Shown here: positions 51,559-63,979 of the stretch, piece by piece
Numbering within the stretch: position 1 is the stretch's first letter
Layout: each line of letters opens with the position of its first letter
Notes under the pieces: generated by a model
Seen by the model: only the letters and a program-made list of their open reading frames with translations
What the model was told of the DNA's origin: nothing
The model's database searches: none
Translations under genes and position numbers: made by a program
Assembly (NCBI GenBank): GCA_013265495.1
Contig: MU058781.1
Coordinates: forward strand, 9,901,009 to 9,965,008
DNA from: Vicugna vicugna
Lineage: Eukaryota
DNA length: 64,000 nt
Direction of reading: 5' to 3'

Positions 51559-53589
51559 CTCACTGAAAGACTTAAGTGAGGGAAACACCCAGGTCAGGAA
51601 AACTAACTTTATACAAGAGATATTACAAGGCAGACAATTGTTGATATTTTTTTAAATTAAATGAAATAACTCTCCAGAGAAAAGGGTAGCTAGAGGCTTC
51701 TTTTAATAGAAGGGAAATTGAATGTCTAACATGAACATCAAGATGAAAATCTACTGTATGCACTCTCTTTATCTATGAATTAGAACAGAATTAGCTAAAA
51801 TCTATTAAAAATTAATATGTATATTATTAAAATGAAAACTATGTTTAAAATAAGTCAGAAGCTCTGTGGCCCATTTATCTAAGGATGATCAAACATACAC
51901 GATTCTTTCCTAAGATGTACATGTTAGGAATGGGGATGCTTTTTTCCTATCAGTATATTTATCATGCCATAAAACAGAAAGTTATACACCCACATAAAAT
52001 TTTCACTACAACTTTATTTCAGTTGGCTTTGTTCCTCACATTTTCCCTTAGTGTTTCTTTCCAAAAATCCCATTTATTGAGACCATTTTTTCCAATCCAC
52101 ATTAAAAAAGCTAATTGTAACAGAATATCTTTTACTTTTCTTACTTAAGATTTTACTCATTATGTTCATCAAATACTAGGGAAATAATGTGTTGTTTAAT
52201 TACAGAGTTCTTTTCCAAACGTCTGCTTGCTTTTAGCAATTAAATTGAAGGTATGCTTTCAGAAAACAGATCTTAGCATTTTCAAGATTATTGACCTTCA
52301 TTTCACTTTTGAAAACACAGATTAATTTGAAAATTGTGGCATCTTAGAATTGAAATGTAGGCTTAGTATTTGTGAGGAAACCATCTATATCTCCGTTTGT
52401 TTATTTGATGTTTTCATTTTTACCAACTTGGACACAGTTTGGCCCATTCTCCTTGCCCTGGCAACAGTTCTAAATTTCATAGAGCTGATTGTGATCTTAA
52501 CACACTGTTCTTATTTCTGACAGTATTTTCAGTTTTAACATCTCCAAGAGCACATTCTTTTCCCTGTGCTGTTGTATCTAGTCCTGTGAGGAGTAGAGAC
52601 ACCATGCTCACCACCTGGATTCTTTCCTTAATGACAGACCCATAAAATTGTAGAGCTGGAGGCAGCCCTTAAGTGTGTGGAGTCCTGGAAGATCTCTGGG
52701 GCTCACCCTCAGTCCTCCCCTCACTCTGGCCTGGGAAGAGAAGAGGCTGTCTTAAATATGAATTCTAATGTATCTTTGCCCAGCTGAGGAGGGCCTTTCT
52801 GTCTGGGAAACCACAGAGGGGTGTCCAAGGGAAACCTGTCTGGATTTCTGCTGGTCACATCTCTTCTCTGTGTTGAAGGGTGGGTTTCTTTCTCCTTTCA
52901 AAAGAATGTGTCTTCCTCTTCAGTTCACTATGAAAGGAGGTTCTGCCAGTTGTGTTGCCCTCATGCGGATATATTATAATACATCTTGTGATGAGTAGAT
53001 AACAGAAGTAGAATAAATGTGATATTCAAACTGTTGGTCAAGATCATATGCATTTTTGCATAGCTCTTTTTCTCCAAGCTGGCATCAAGGGTAGGTAAAA
53101 TAAGACAGGAGAAAATTAAATAGATACAGATATAAAGATATAAAAAGATATAAAGATAAATACAAAGGCTTGGAAGATGTAATAGTAACTCCACGGCCCA
53201 GTAGTGAAATAGAAATGTGAGAGAGAGCAGAGTTGACGTCAAGAGTCTGCTGGAGTTTAGGTCATTAGGTAGGCAGTATGCCTGGAAGTTCTGCTCATCG
53301 GGAACCTGAAAGTTCTCAGAAGAAAGGAGTCTGCAGTTCAACTCACGGGTAGAAGCCAGAACCCAACAGGGGCTCTGGCCCTCAAAGTACCTTATCCTCA
53401 CCCTCCATTTATGTAAAAGGCTGAAATAAACTACTGCCAAATTGCTGTCGTTGGTTCTAGATAATGGAGCTGGTCTAGGTGACCAGGAACTAAAATAGAT
53501 CAACAGCTAATTCAGCAGTGAGTCCTGCAATGTCCTCAATCTCACTGCAGAACTCAGGCTTCAACCAAACATTTTAAAACCTGCTTCTG

Positions 53590-53860
53590 GGTATGGTTAC
53601 CAGAGGGGAAGATTGAGAGGGGGCAGATGAATTAGGATTCTGCGATTTGCAGACACTAACTACTATATGTAAAACAGATAAACAACAAGGTCTTACTGTT
53701 TAGCATAGGGAACTATATTTAATGTCTGCAATAACCCATAGATAAAGAATATGAAAAAGAAAAAAAATATATATATGTAACTGAATCACCATGTTTTACA
53801 TCAGAAACTTAACACCACATTGTAAATCAACCATACTTAAGTCAATCAATCAGTCATTCA
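53590..53860 (+). mobile_element. Cetartiodactyl-type L1 3' end with TSD
   Basis: 'tatggttaccagagggg...ataaacaacaaggtcttactgtttagcatagggaactatatt...aactgaatcac'; TSD core tgcttctg at 53582-53589 and 53865-53872. Confidence 0.9.
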
Positions 53861-53939
53861 AGCTTGCTTCTGTACTGAGGACAAAGAGCTTAGGAGGGGC
53901 AGAAATAATTTGTAAAATAATAGCAACATCAACAAAACC

Positions 53940-54180
53940 AAGAATTCAGCAAGAAGAGAAAATAGAATAAGGCTATAAAAGAATGGGACAGCAAAGTTGG
54001 AAGGCTTGATCTTATAGACTTGATCCAATGATATGTGATACTCACAAGTCCCAGTCCTCTTAACGAATATGAAATACTTTTAAAGTGCACATGGAACATT
54101 TGCAAATATTGGCCACAAAAATGAATTGCAAAAAAAAAAAGTCTCGACAAATTTCAATGAATAGGCATCATGCAATCTAA
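53940..54180 (+). mobile_element. Old L1 endonuclease-region fragment
   Basis: 'aagtgcacatggaacatttgcaaatattggccac...aagtctcgacaaattt' reads SAHGTFANIGH..SLDKF (cf. L1 EN S.HGTFSKIDH..SLNKF). Confidence 0.65.
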
Positions 54181-54439
54181 TGCTGTAAATTTCACAACAG
54201 AATTTTTGTTTTCATCTTTCTGTTCTTACTGTACTGAATAAGCTATCTTGCGAGGCTCTTGTTTCTTATGTCTGATGGATAGTTGAAAGTTGTTATAAGG
54301 CTTATAACCAAAGAATTAAAATATGATAGTGGGTTGACCAATGGTGAGATCTAAAGCAGAGAGATCCATTTAGAGGGCTATTGAAGTAATCCAGTTTCAG
54401 GTAAAGAGGGATTTATACCCGATGTGATGGGAGAAAGGT

Positions 54440-54656
54440 AGCTTATATAGCAGTGGAAAGACTAGGCCTTGAAAAGTACAAACTTATGTTGACTTGGAGC
54501 TTCATTGATAAGTTATACCTTTCTGAGCCTCTTTTGCCTCATGTGTACAGTGAGGTTAACAGATCCTACTTGGCAGGGTGGTTGTGAGGACTGGAGATAG
54601 TATATGTAAACACCTTTGCAGTTCCTGGTGCATAATTACTACCCACCAAATGTGAG
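54440..54656 (+). mobile_element. MIR SINE flanked by L2-like fragments
   Basis: 'tttctgagcctc...cctacttggcagggtggttgtgaggactggaga...tatgtaaacacct'. Confidence 0.75.
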
Positions 54657-55739
54657 ATTGGTGGTCATGGGGAGTGAAAGTTAGGGGTGTATGATGTGTC
54701 TATGTGAAAAATAGAATGACAATTACTCTGTAATTGACTCTATTTTTAAAGCACAGGAGATTAAAAGACTATTATTGTAGGAGCTGCAGGAACCCAATAT
54801 GTGAATAAAAATTGAAAAAAGATATGTTTTCTACATTGTTCCAAACATCTAGGTGTTCATAAATGTCCAGATAATTAGCTTACATTTTTTTTAGCTTTTA
54901 TCCTCACATTTGGAGTCATGTCAGTAGCCCACAGCCTACAAATCAACTTGGCAGTTACATGATTCCTATTTTGACCACAGCTAAAATTTTTAGATGTAAA
55001 AATAAATATGAAAAGGTATAAAAAAAATTGCACCCAAAATTTAAAATCCAACTTTTTATTTAGTGAGTGTATCACCATTTTAAAATTGTACTCAGTGCAT
55101 AAATCAGCCTCAGGTCCCTTTATAATTGAAACATGCACTTTCCCTTGAATACAATGTAAATTTAACTAAATTGTAACTCACGTCATTATTAGTAAAATGG
55201 ACCTTTATCTAAAGTCCAATCTTTATGTCATTTTCTGTATAGTATTCACAACATAAAATTATGAATACTTTAAATTATTTGTCACTTTTTAAATAAAAAT
55301 AGAAAAATCAAAGATCATGATATTTAAAATCCTTTTCTTACTGAGACAACTTTACAGCTTGTCTAACTTGTACATGGGCTAGAACAGAGATGGTTAAAAA
55401 TTTTATTTTCAGTTGAAAGCCATGAGGGGAAAAATTACAAACTGTGAACAGAAAACATGAAAGATATGTGATACTACAAATAAAAAGTTTATCCATGTAT
55501 TTTAATATTCTGTATCACTAGTTAGGTGGAGACACCAAAGGAAGATGGAGAACAAATTAAACAAGCAAGTAAATAAACATAATAGAGAAGTATGGAAGAA
55601 AAATGGAAAGATTGACCTCAAAAATATGAACTAAACAAAGAACTTTGTAACCCTTTTTAGAAGGGAAGCAGAGACACAGATAGAACCTTCTTTAATGTGC
55701 TGTTAAGTCCCATATATACTATCCTTTGTTCCTCACTTA

Positions 55740-57300
55740 AATATCTCTGTATCTGTACCAACTGCCATCCTTTCTAGATGCAGAAGGCATGATGTACTTT
55801 CTCCATTTCAGGAAATTCCAACTGGTTTCTTCTTTCAATCATGTCACCTTCCTTCTGTTTATGAATTATTCAGAAGTGTTTCTTTTTTTTTCTAGTGTCT
55901 CCAGTGTCTTCTAGAAATCTAAGTTTTGAGATACACTGATGGCCCCAGAAGCAGCCATGTATACTGTGTTTTGCTCTGTTTACACTATAAAATGTGTTCA
56001 TTGAGCTTAATGCATTCACCACTTTGCTTTTCTTGATATCTGGTCACGTGTAAATTCTACCACTCTTAACTGAGCTTAATTCTTGCTGAGCAGCAATAAT
56101 CCAACTAACCAATCCAATGTTCTTTTTAAAGTCTGCCTTTTAATAGTATAGATACCTTCCTTCTTGTTCAAGATCTCTTTGTCTAGGTTTGTAAAAGCAC
56201 AAAATCCTAGTTCTTCACCTAACCTCCCAGACTTTTCCTTTTTTTGCCTCTTTTAGAGGTTTATTTCCTCATTCCACCCCCCCTCCATCCAAACACAGAT
56301 TTTATGACTTTTCTTGTTTAATACCTACTTATTCATAGAGATCTCACCCACCTTCTCAAATGTTGATAATCACTTTCAACATAATGACTTCCAAAGATCC
56401 AAATTGAACTCTTTCATCTGCCTACATGGCATCTATCTTCTTCTGTACTTTCCCACCTGGGTGTTTACCTACCACTTAAAAGCTAGCACATCCAGAAGCA
56501 AATGCCTCATCTTCCTCTCTAAGCATAATGACATCCCTGAGTTCAGGAGATTTGGAAGTTGTGCTTCAGTCTGGTTATGCCACTCTTTGGATCAGCTTAT
56601 TATGTAATTAGGCCTCAAGAATAATCTGGATTATTCTCTTCATTATGCTTTTTGAACATTTAAAACATGTATATTCCACTTGTATTATGATCATCTTAAA
56701 TCAGGTCCATCCTTATTTGTGTGGTGTTGGAATAACTGCTTAACTGGTCTGTCTGACTTCAGTCTTTTTCCCTGGCAGTAATTTATCAGGAATACCCTTG
56801 CCCAACTGATTTCCTAACATCTATCACATAATTTCCTATGGCTTCTTACAAGACATTTCTACCTACTCCTATCCTGGTATTCAGTACCCTCTGCTGACCA
56901 TTTTTGCGGAGATCCCCATCCTCAGGGCATCTGCCCTGGCTTGGGTGTTGTATTTAGCACGAACTGGGTGTGACTGATACCTCACCACTCAGTGCTTTGT
57001 TCTTGCTCTCTCTTTCCCTGGAGCCCCTTCCACATCCTCTGTGCCTATGGAAATACTTCAGTTGAGGATCAACTTAACCAATTTTACCCTCACTTCTTTC
57101 TTAACACCTGTCCTGACCATCTCAGCTCAAATTAGCCTTTTCCTTTGCTGAGCATTTTTAGTACATACTGTTGTGTATTGTCTTTCCAACTATAATTGAC
57201 TATAATACAAGAAGTAATACCTGGTATTTTTTAAACCCTTCAATACCTGGAAGAGTGCTTTATACCATACTGGGTGATTAATAAGAATCTTTTAACTGAA
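55740..57300 (+). mobile_element. Long decayed L2 LINE
   Basis: L2-like 'aatgacttccaaa', 'ccacctgggtgtttacctaccacttaaa', 'taactggtct'; 3' tail 'agagtgctttataccatactgggtgattaataa'. Confidence 0.65.
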
Positions 57301-57579
57301 TTTTGCTGATTGGAACTCATTTATTCAATTATATCTCCATCCTCTGTAGATGCCCTTACCTAAGACTCAATTTTTCATTCTCATCCACCTTTTCAAAAAA
57401 AAAAAATAAAGTCACATTTAATTCTTAGATGTTGGAAAACAAATACCACTCTTCTTAAATTGCTAGGTCAAAAGCCGTCAGTTAAATACCATTGAGGTTA
57501 GCTGACTGACTTTCTACCAGCTGGCTATCTGATTTTTTTTTGCTGGTAAGAGCCATTTCATGGGCCAACTGACTTCGCT

Positions 57580-57712
57580 TAAGATGATATACATACAGGT
57601 TTGCCTGGGATGGTTCTGGTCTTTGCTTGTCATCCTGGATTAATGATTAATGGTACCCCCTTTCACTCTCAAAACTGTCCTGGTTTTGATGATAGATTGT
57701 ATGGTTACTTTC
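57580..57712 (+). mobile_element. MER94-like hAT-Blackjack MITE
   Basis: 'ggtttgcctgggatggttctgg...taatgattaatggtaccccctttcactctcaaaactgtcctggtttt...tatggttac'. Confidence 0.75.
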
Positions 57713-60144
57713 CCTGTACTGCCTCCTGAAAGAATGAATTTTTTAAACAGAAACTAAAAGGAAACACTGTAGTATTTTAACCAGGTGTCATTTAATACTC
57801 CTCTGCAATAAAAGCCTGCAAGCATTTTTATTAATGAGCTGAATTTTCTGATTTAGATGGGAAATGTGTTTGCTCCGAAATGGCCTCAGCATGTTTGCTA
57901 GCCCCCTTAGATGACACGCGGCCAAGTGTGAGGATGGGCTGAGGTTTATGAATTTTTAATAGGTGCCACACTGGGAAGGGGTAAAGGCAGAAAGTTGGAT
58001 ATACCTAGAGAAAACCAGAGACACAGCTTTCAAAGAACACAGGGCCAACTCGACTGCGCTTGACCTCAGCTTCTGCTCACTGAGAAGAGGAAGCAGTATC
58101 TAAATTCGATTGAGTTCAAGCCAGGGATCAGAGAGTGAAGATGGATGAAGCTGGGACTCTGTAGGGAGGAAAGCGTACCTTCGATGCTGGCCCTAGCATC
58201 AGGGAAAGTTTGGCTGCACGGGTTAAAAGAGTCAAGAAACTGTTTATGTATCTCCTCTGAGACATCATGGCTCTTAAAAAAATTCTTGGCAATGTTTCAG
58301 TTATACTACAGAAATCTGTTCGATGTGGGCTCTCAGATTTCAGCAGGGGATTTGCTGTCAAATGTTTTGGTTCTGATTCATGGCAAATTTTCATATCCTT
58401 TATAGGAAACTTTTAGATTAAACTCAGAGAACATACAAATACAGGGAGTTGAAAAAGCATGTTTTTAAAGCTTAAAAGGAAAAGGAATCATTTTTAAATC
58501 TCCTCTATATTTATATATGTAAAAAATCAGCCCACGTACTATTCCTTTCCTAGAGAGGGCTTCCGTTCTTATTTGAAATGCGATTTGTATGTAATGGTTT
58601 CTTGTACTTGTAAAAAAAAAAAAAAATGCAGCCCCACTACATAAAATCTTGCAGACACTTTTTGACAGTTTTCAGAAATTGGGCTCCTTAATACCCCATT
58701 TGCTTTGTCTTTCAGAAGCATGTTCCGAATGGTCTGTTGCGACATCTCAGCCTTCTTTTGTTGTTATTCGTGGTGGATTCCGATGGACAGGCTGCACTTG
58801 CAGTCAAACTTGTGTCTCCTGAAGTTGTCAGTTCTGCTCTGAAATAGCATGACTGAAGGTTCATTTGTCTTGTCAGAGTTCAAAAGGGCACCCGGATTTT
58901 TTCCCCCAGCCCCCTCCCTTACCTTGCTTTTCCAAATAATTCTGCAGCGCCGCTCGGATGTTGGCCTCGACTCCGGGCACGTGCATGCTGGCAGGATGAG
59001 GCTCCTTCTTGTTCCCCTTCCCAGTGGAAGGAGCTGAGGCCATAAGGAATGGGGAAAATGAAATTTGAAGGTATTAATTTTTAAACTCCCAAATCAGTTG
59101 CTATACCTGTCACCTTAGGCTTCTGAATTTCATTAGTGTTGACAGAGATGAACGACACCTCCTAATTGAGGGTGCGCACCTGCGCCTTGACAGCACCGGT
59201 TTCTTTATTAGCACGAGCATAGGGCCTCATTCCCCACGCCTGATGTTCTGAGAGGCAGTCACTATCTTCAGGAATGTACAGCTGGAAGAGGGCAATGGAA
59301 CAGCAAGCTAGCATCCAAAGAATATCTCTTCTTCTTTCTCTATTCCTTTCTCCCTTCAGCCACTCTCTTGCAATCCCTTTACCGCTAATGTATGAAATAC
59401 ATCCATCTTTGTAAGCCCCGTATTATATAAATGGAAGAGAAGCGAATGAATGAGAACAGGAGGAAAACAAATAGAGGAAAGGGGAGGGGTATGATAAGAG
59501 AGAGAAAACAAGAGAACGAATATTTGAGCTCATTTAAATGAAATCCCATGATTTTTACACTAAGTTTTCAGGTCATTTTTCTGCTCCCATCATGCTATCT
59601 TTCAGTTTAATCAGTTGTTAAAAAGCAGTGGCTTTGTGTCAACGTCATGTCCATATGTAGATTTGTATGAATGCAAAATTCACTCATGCCAATGAGTCTG
59701 TTATGTTGTAACTGTTTTACTAAAGTTATTCTCAAATGAGATCAAAAGGGTTCAGTGGACTGTACTTTTATCCACCACTCTTTATAAGTGCCAGCTTATG
59801 CACACTTAGCAGTGTTGTAAATAAGGCACACTTGGTATGCAGTGGACAGACATTTAATAACAGCTCATTTGCTCTCCTTAGTAAGTGAAATTATTTTCAC
59901 AAGCCATGAATGAAAATTTGTTTCATTATTTGTGTATACATATAACTGAGTATGTTTTACTTGAAAATTTACAATATTTTAAAACACAGAATTATTTAAT
60001 ATCTGTATTAATGAATACAATTATTTGGCTTTTTCCCTAAGTTGTTCCGTAGCTGTTGTGGAGGACGATAGCAATTACGAATATTTGACTCAGATAAGAA
60101 TTTCATACATATTTTTGATACTTATTGTGTGTATGATTCTTGAT

Positions 60145-60950
60145 AAAAATCTCTTAAACTACAAATTAGTAAGAAAAGTGGGTAATTTTCTAGAAAAACG
60201 AGCAGATAGCTTGAATATGCACTTCCTAAAAGAGGCAACCCAGATGGCCTGTAACCATCAGGGAACGTCAGGGTGGAATCCTGATGACAGATAAGTGCAC
60301 CATCAGGAGAGTGGCTCACGTGAGAGAGGCTGCCAATGCTTTTACAGTAACTCTTAGAAATTTCTGGTGCAATTTCAAAATGGTGAAACCACTTTAAAAA
60401 ACAGTTTTCCATTCTCTTACAAAGGTGTGTATAGGCACATCTGTGTAATTCAACAACTCCAATTCTGGGTATATGTCCTAGAGAAATTACGCATATGTGC
60501 ACCAGAAGATAACAACGGCAAAGTGTGTAGAAGCATTATTCAAAACAGTCACAAAGTGAAAATAATGCTAGTATCATCAGTAGGAGAATGGATAAATTAT
60601 GAATTAATGAAAATAATTGAACTGCAGTTATAAACAATACCAGCCATGGATTGTCATCAACATAAGGTTGAACCAAGAAACTGGGCATAAATGAATAAAT
60701 ACTGTATGATTTTGATGATAAAAAGCCTTAACTACATTGTATAAAGAGGAATATTTAATAGTAACGTGATAAAATGATGAGTATAAAAGCGGAGATGGTG
60801 GTTATCTTTAAGGAGGAAGAAGGGGATTGGATTAAGAAGGAACATTTAGAGGGTGTCTGGGGGGCTGGTAATACTCTTATGTTTTGACCAGGGTGGTCCT
60901 TTAACATGCTGTACACTATTCCTTACATGTGTTGTTTTCACAGTAAAAGT
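60145..60950 (+). mobile_element. L1ME-like ORF2 end and 3' UTR
   Basis: 'aaaatggtgaaaccactttaaaaaacagttt', 'caactccaattctgggtatatgtcctagagaaa', 'ggagaatggataaattatg', 'ggggctggtaatactc'. Confidence 0.85.
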
Positions 60951-62181
60951 AAGTCTTTAAAATGCAATACTTTTAGCTCTCTGTACCTGCTTCTACCAAA
61001 TCTCCCAAGCAAGAAATTCACAACATCACAAGCAGATGTATTTGGCTTTTTAATCTAATCAAGCCTTTCCAATTTTTAGCCCCATGTCCTTAATCACATT
61101 TTTATTCCATCTCTTTGACCTGATGTTCTTAGATTAAAACGAGGAGAATCAGAATTTTAAAATGATTATTTTAGCCTGTTGTGTTTGCAAAAGAATCATA
61201 CCAGTTAGGAGGGGAAAAACCCTTCTTTTTTTGTAGTTTGGGCTCGATTAAGAGTTGAGCTCATAATTCTTGTCCTTGATTGGGCTGTTCATATTCTGTA
61301 GCATGTCTCCCATATGTTTTTTTTCCATATTTGCCCCACACCCCCAGGGTGAAAGTAAGCCATCTTCCGTGGGAACTGTGCAGCAAGGATTTCTGAGGAC
61401 CCACACCTGATGGTTATGTCCCATACCCTACACCTCACCTTGTGCACTCTGGCAAGACAAGGCACTGTTGGAGACTTGGGCTACCCTAGAAGAACTTTCC
61501 AGATCCTGTACTTATCAGTAGTTCATACTCCATCTTAGGAAAGTTTGGAAACTTTTTAAACATGTGTTTGGCTGGAGTATCATCTAATCTGCTTGGTTAA
61601 TTGAGAAAGGACCTGAGGTTCGACCCGGAACTGAGGCAGCTAGGAGTTCAAAATAAGGGGAGGGGATGAGTCTCAGGGTGGAAATCCCCAGGATGGAAAA
61701 ACACAGCTAATATCTCCTATTTCATTTTGTCCCATCAAGTAGTTCTTCCTTCATTTTCACCGTCAAACCCTCAAGGAAGAACATACTGGGGGGTTGGGGA
61801 GTGGAGAGGACTATATTCTCCCAACCCTGGAGGTTTAGAGGAGGACAGGGAAAGGAATGTTGGATGTTAGTCAATCTTCACCTGTATTTTTTGTTCACCT
61901 GCCTACCCCAGTAGGGCCTTGCTTTGTCTATATCTTAGTCCCACGCACACTTTGGTGTGGGCCGTCAGTGAAGTCCTAAGGCAATGGTCCAAGGTCAGGA
62001 AAGAACAGAACTGATGCCATCTCTTTGTATTTCTGCTCTCAGGGTGGCCACCAATTGCCCACCTTTTCTGGTTGCAGTGCAGAGCAGCTTCAGTTTCTCC
62101 AAAGTTTACTTACTTGTTGTGTTGCTACCACTCTTGTTATTTCCTGCATTACATGTTTCATTCTATATTTTTTTTCAAGGA

Positions 62182-62213
<32 letters not shown>
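62182..62213. repeat. Imperfect (TG)n microsatellite
   Basis: Read directly. Confidence 0.95.
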
Positions 62214-62604
62214 GCAGGTAGAAAAATTCGGCTCAGTAAGATGAAGAGCCTGAGTCAGTCTCTGCTTGGGTGTTCATGGGTTTGACAAGTAGATGCTAAA
62301 ATGGGCCAAAATCCTGGAAAACTATAGAATTCATTACATGTTAAGTCCCTAGTAGATAATAAATGCAGATCAAGTCAGAATCTGAAGGCAAGGCTATCAG
62401 CGAGAATTAAAGCCAAGAAATCAGGTCCAAAAAAAATTAGAAAAGGTGGAAAGAGCAAGCAAGGTGAAATTGTGTGGACAAAACAATCCACACAAGTTGG
62501 GAATGGAATAGTATTAGCCTTTCCTCTGAGTTTAAAGATACTGAGAATGCGTACTGTTGCTTAGCAAGGGTAGCTACTCACTGAATTCGTGATGCAACTT
62601 TTAA

Positions 62605-63260
62605 AAATCGTTACTGAGTATTTCCCACCTTCAGCATTGTTAAGCACCTTTTTTTGTGACGTATACTCTTTTGGGCTAGTGAGAACATGACAGACAGTGT
62701 CACTGCTCACAGGGAGCTGATGATAGAGAATGGTATATAAAGGAGTATGTATAATAACATAGGCTCATGTACTTCAAGTTCAAGTGATTGAACAGAGAGC
62801 TCAGGTGAAGAATTTGGTCTTATACAAGGATAGGAAGTCTTCTTCCGCTGTGAAACATGACAAAGGAAAGGGTTGGTGTGGGGAAGCAGAGAGAGTTGGG
62901 TTTTCCTAGGTAAGAAACTGATGAGATCACCTACTATGAATGAGAAAGGGTCAAAAAAAATTGGAGGATCTGTGGAGATTGTTAAGGGTTTAAAGGAGCA
63001 AAGAACAGAAAAAAGAGAGATGAGTATAGAAACAGAGGAGTAGTGTCAGATGACTAAGACCAGGTGGGACTGCAAATCACAAATTTACAGTGAACCAGTA
63101 TGGGTTAATTTTGTGGTATTTTTAGCCATTTGCAACCATCCAGATTAGATTCATCCGTGATTGAGGTTGTTGAATGGGTCCAAGTGAAAGAAAATTGAGC
63201 AAGATTTGGGGATACCAGACCAGAGATCTAACCAAACTGTTGCAAAATTAAGAGGACACT
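62605..63260 (-). mobile_element. L2 fragments
   Basis: Tail-like 'gacagacagtgtcactgctcacagggagctga' and ORF2-like 'ccaggtgggactgcaaatcacaaatttacagtg'. Confidence 0.5.
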
Positions 63261-63399
63261 GTATTGAAACCTTTTGCTCAATACATCTTAACAGTCAGGA
63301 TGATATCTCCAAGACTGAAGAATAACCACCCTACTCAACAATAGCTGGGACGACCTTCCATTAGTCAATTGATACTAATTTTGCTTTGTAGAAAACCAT

Positions 63400-63979
63400 T
63401 TCAATTAGAAATCAAAAGAAAATTGTGTGCAAGATAAACACCTTGAAGGCTTTTTGGTTTCAGCATCTACAAAAATATTTAAAAGAGCTACAAAGTTGGG
63501 TAATTTGAGAAGCAGCTTCCAGACAAAATGTGACTTTTTTAGTGATGAATGTGCTAGGAAATAAGAAAAGTTTAGATGGGATGATGACTTAAACATCACC
63601 TCATTAATGCACAGAGAAATACTTGCCAAGATATTTAGAGAAGAGCTTAAAAAAAGTGTGAACATAATCTGTGGCTGATTGTCTCTTCTCACAAAACATA
63701 TTTTATAACCAAAGCAAACACAAAGAGTGAAAATAATAAATCTGATTTTCTAAGATTTTTGCTTTTGTTAATTACAAGTAGGTAGAAAACAGGTTCTACT
63801 TTGTGTCCCTTCAAGTTAAAATTAAGCACAATGGAACTAAACAGCCACTTAATATGATTACAGATAGAATCTAGCAAAACATTATCAGTCCTGGAGACAA
63901 TGGAGACTAAAGATGTACTATTGTTAATAGATATCTGAAAGAACCTCTCAAGTGGATAATGCAAACCTTGGCAACACTA
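63400..63979 (+). mobile_element. Probable decayed hAT transposase C-terminus with right TIR
   Basis: The frame at 63750-63938 reads LRFLLLLITS..(VENRF)STLCPFKLKLSTMELNSHLI*LQIES, resembling the hAT dimerisation motif; TIR-like tggcaacacta at 63969-63979. Confidence 0.5.

Noticed and set aside
52961..53503. 180-aa minus-strand ORF
   Set aside because: Non-ATG start, low-complexity Y/I/L stretch from a (GATATAAA)-like repeat, and no recognisable homology.
58128..58405. Overlapping 88-aa (-) and 86-aa (+) ORFs with a minus-strand donor-like AAG|GTACGC near 58178
   Set aside because: No recognisable product, and I could not join them in frame to the 58923-59043 candidate through a convincing acceptor.
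63405..63964. Two abutting minus-strand ORFs resembling a coupled operon
   Set aside because: Eukaryotic context; better explained as the antisense shadow of a decayed plus-strand transposase frame.
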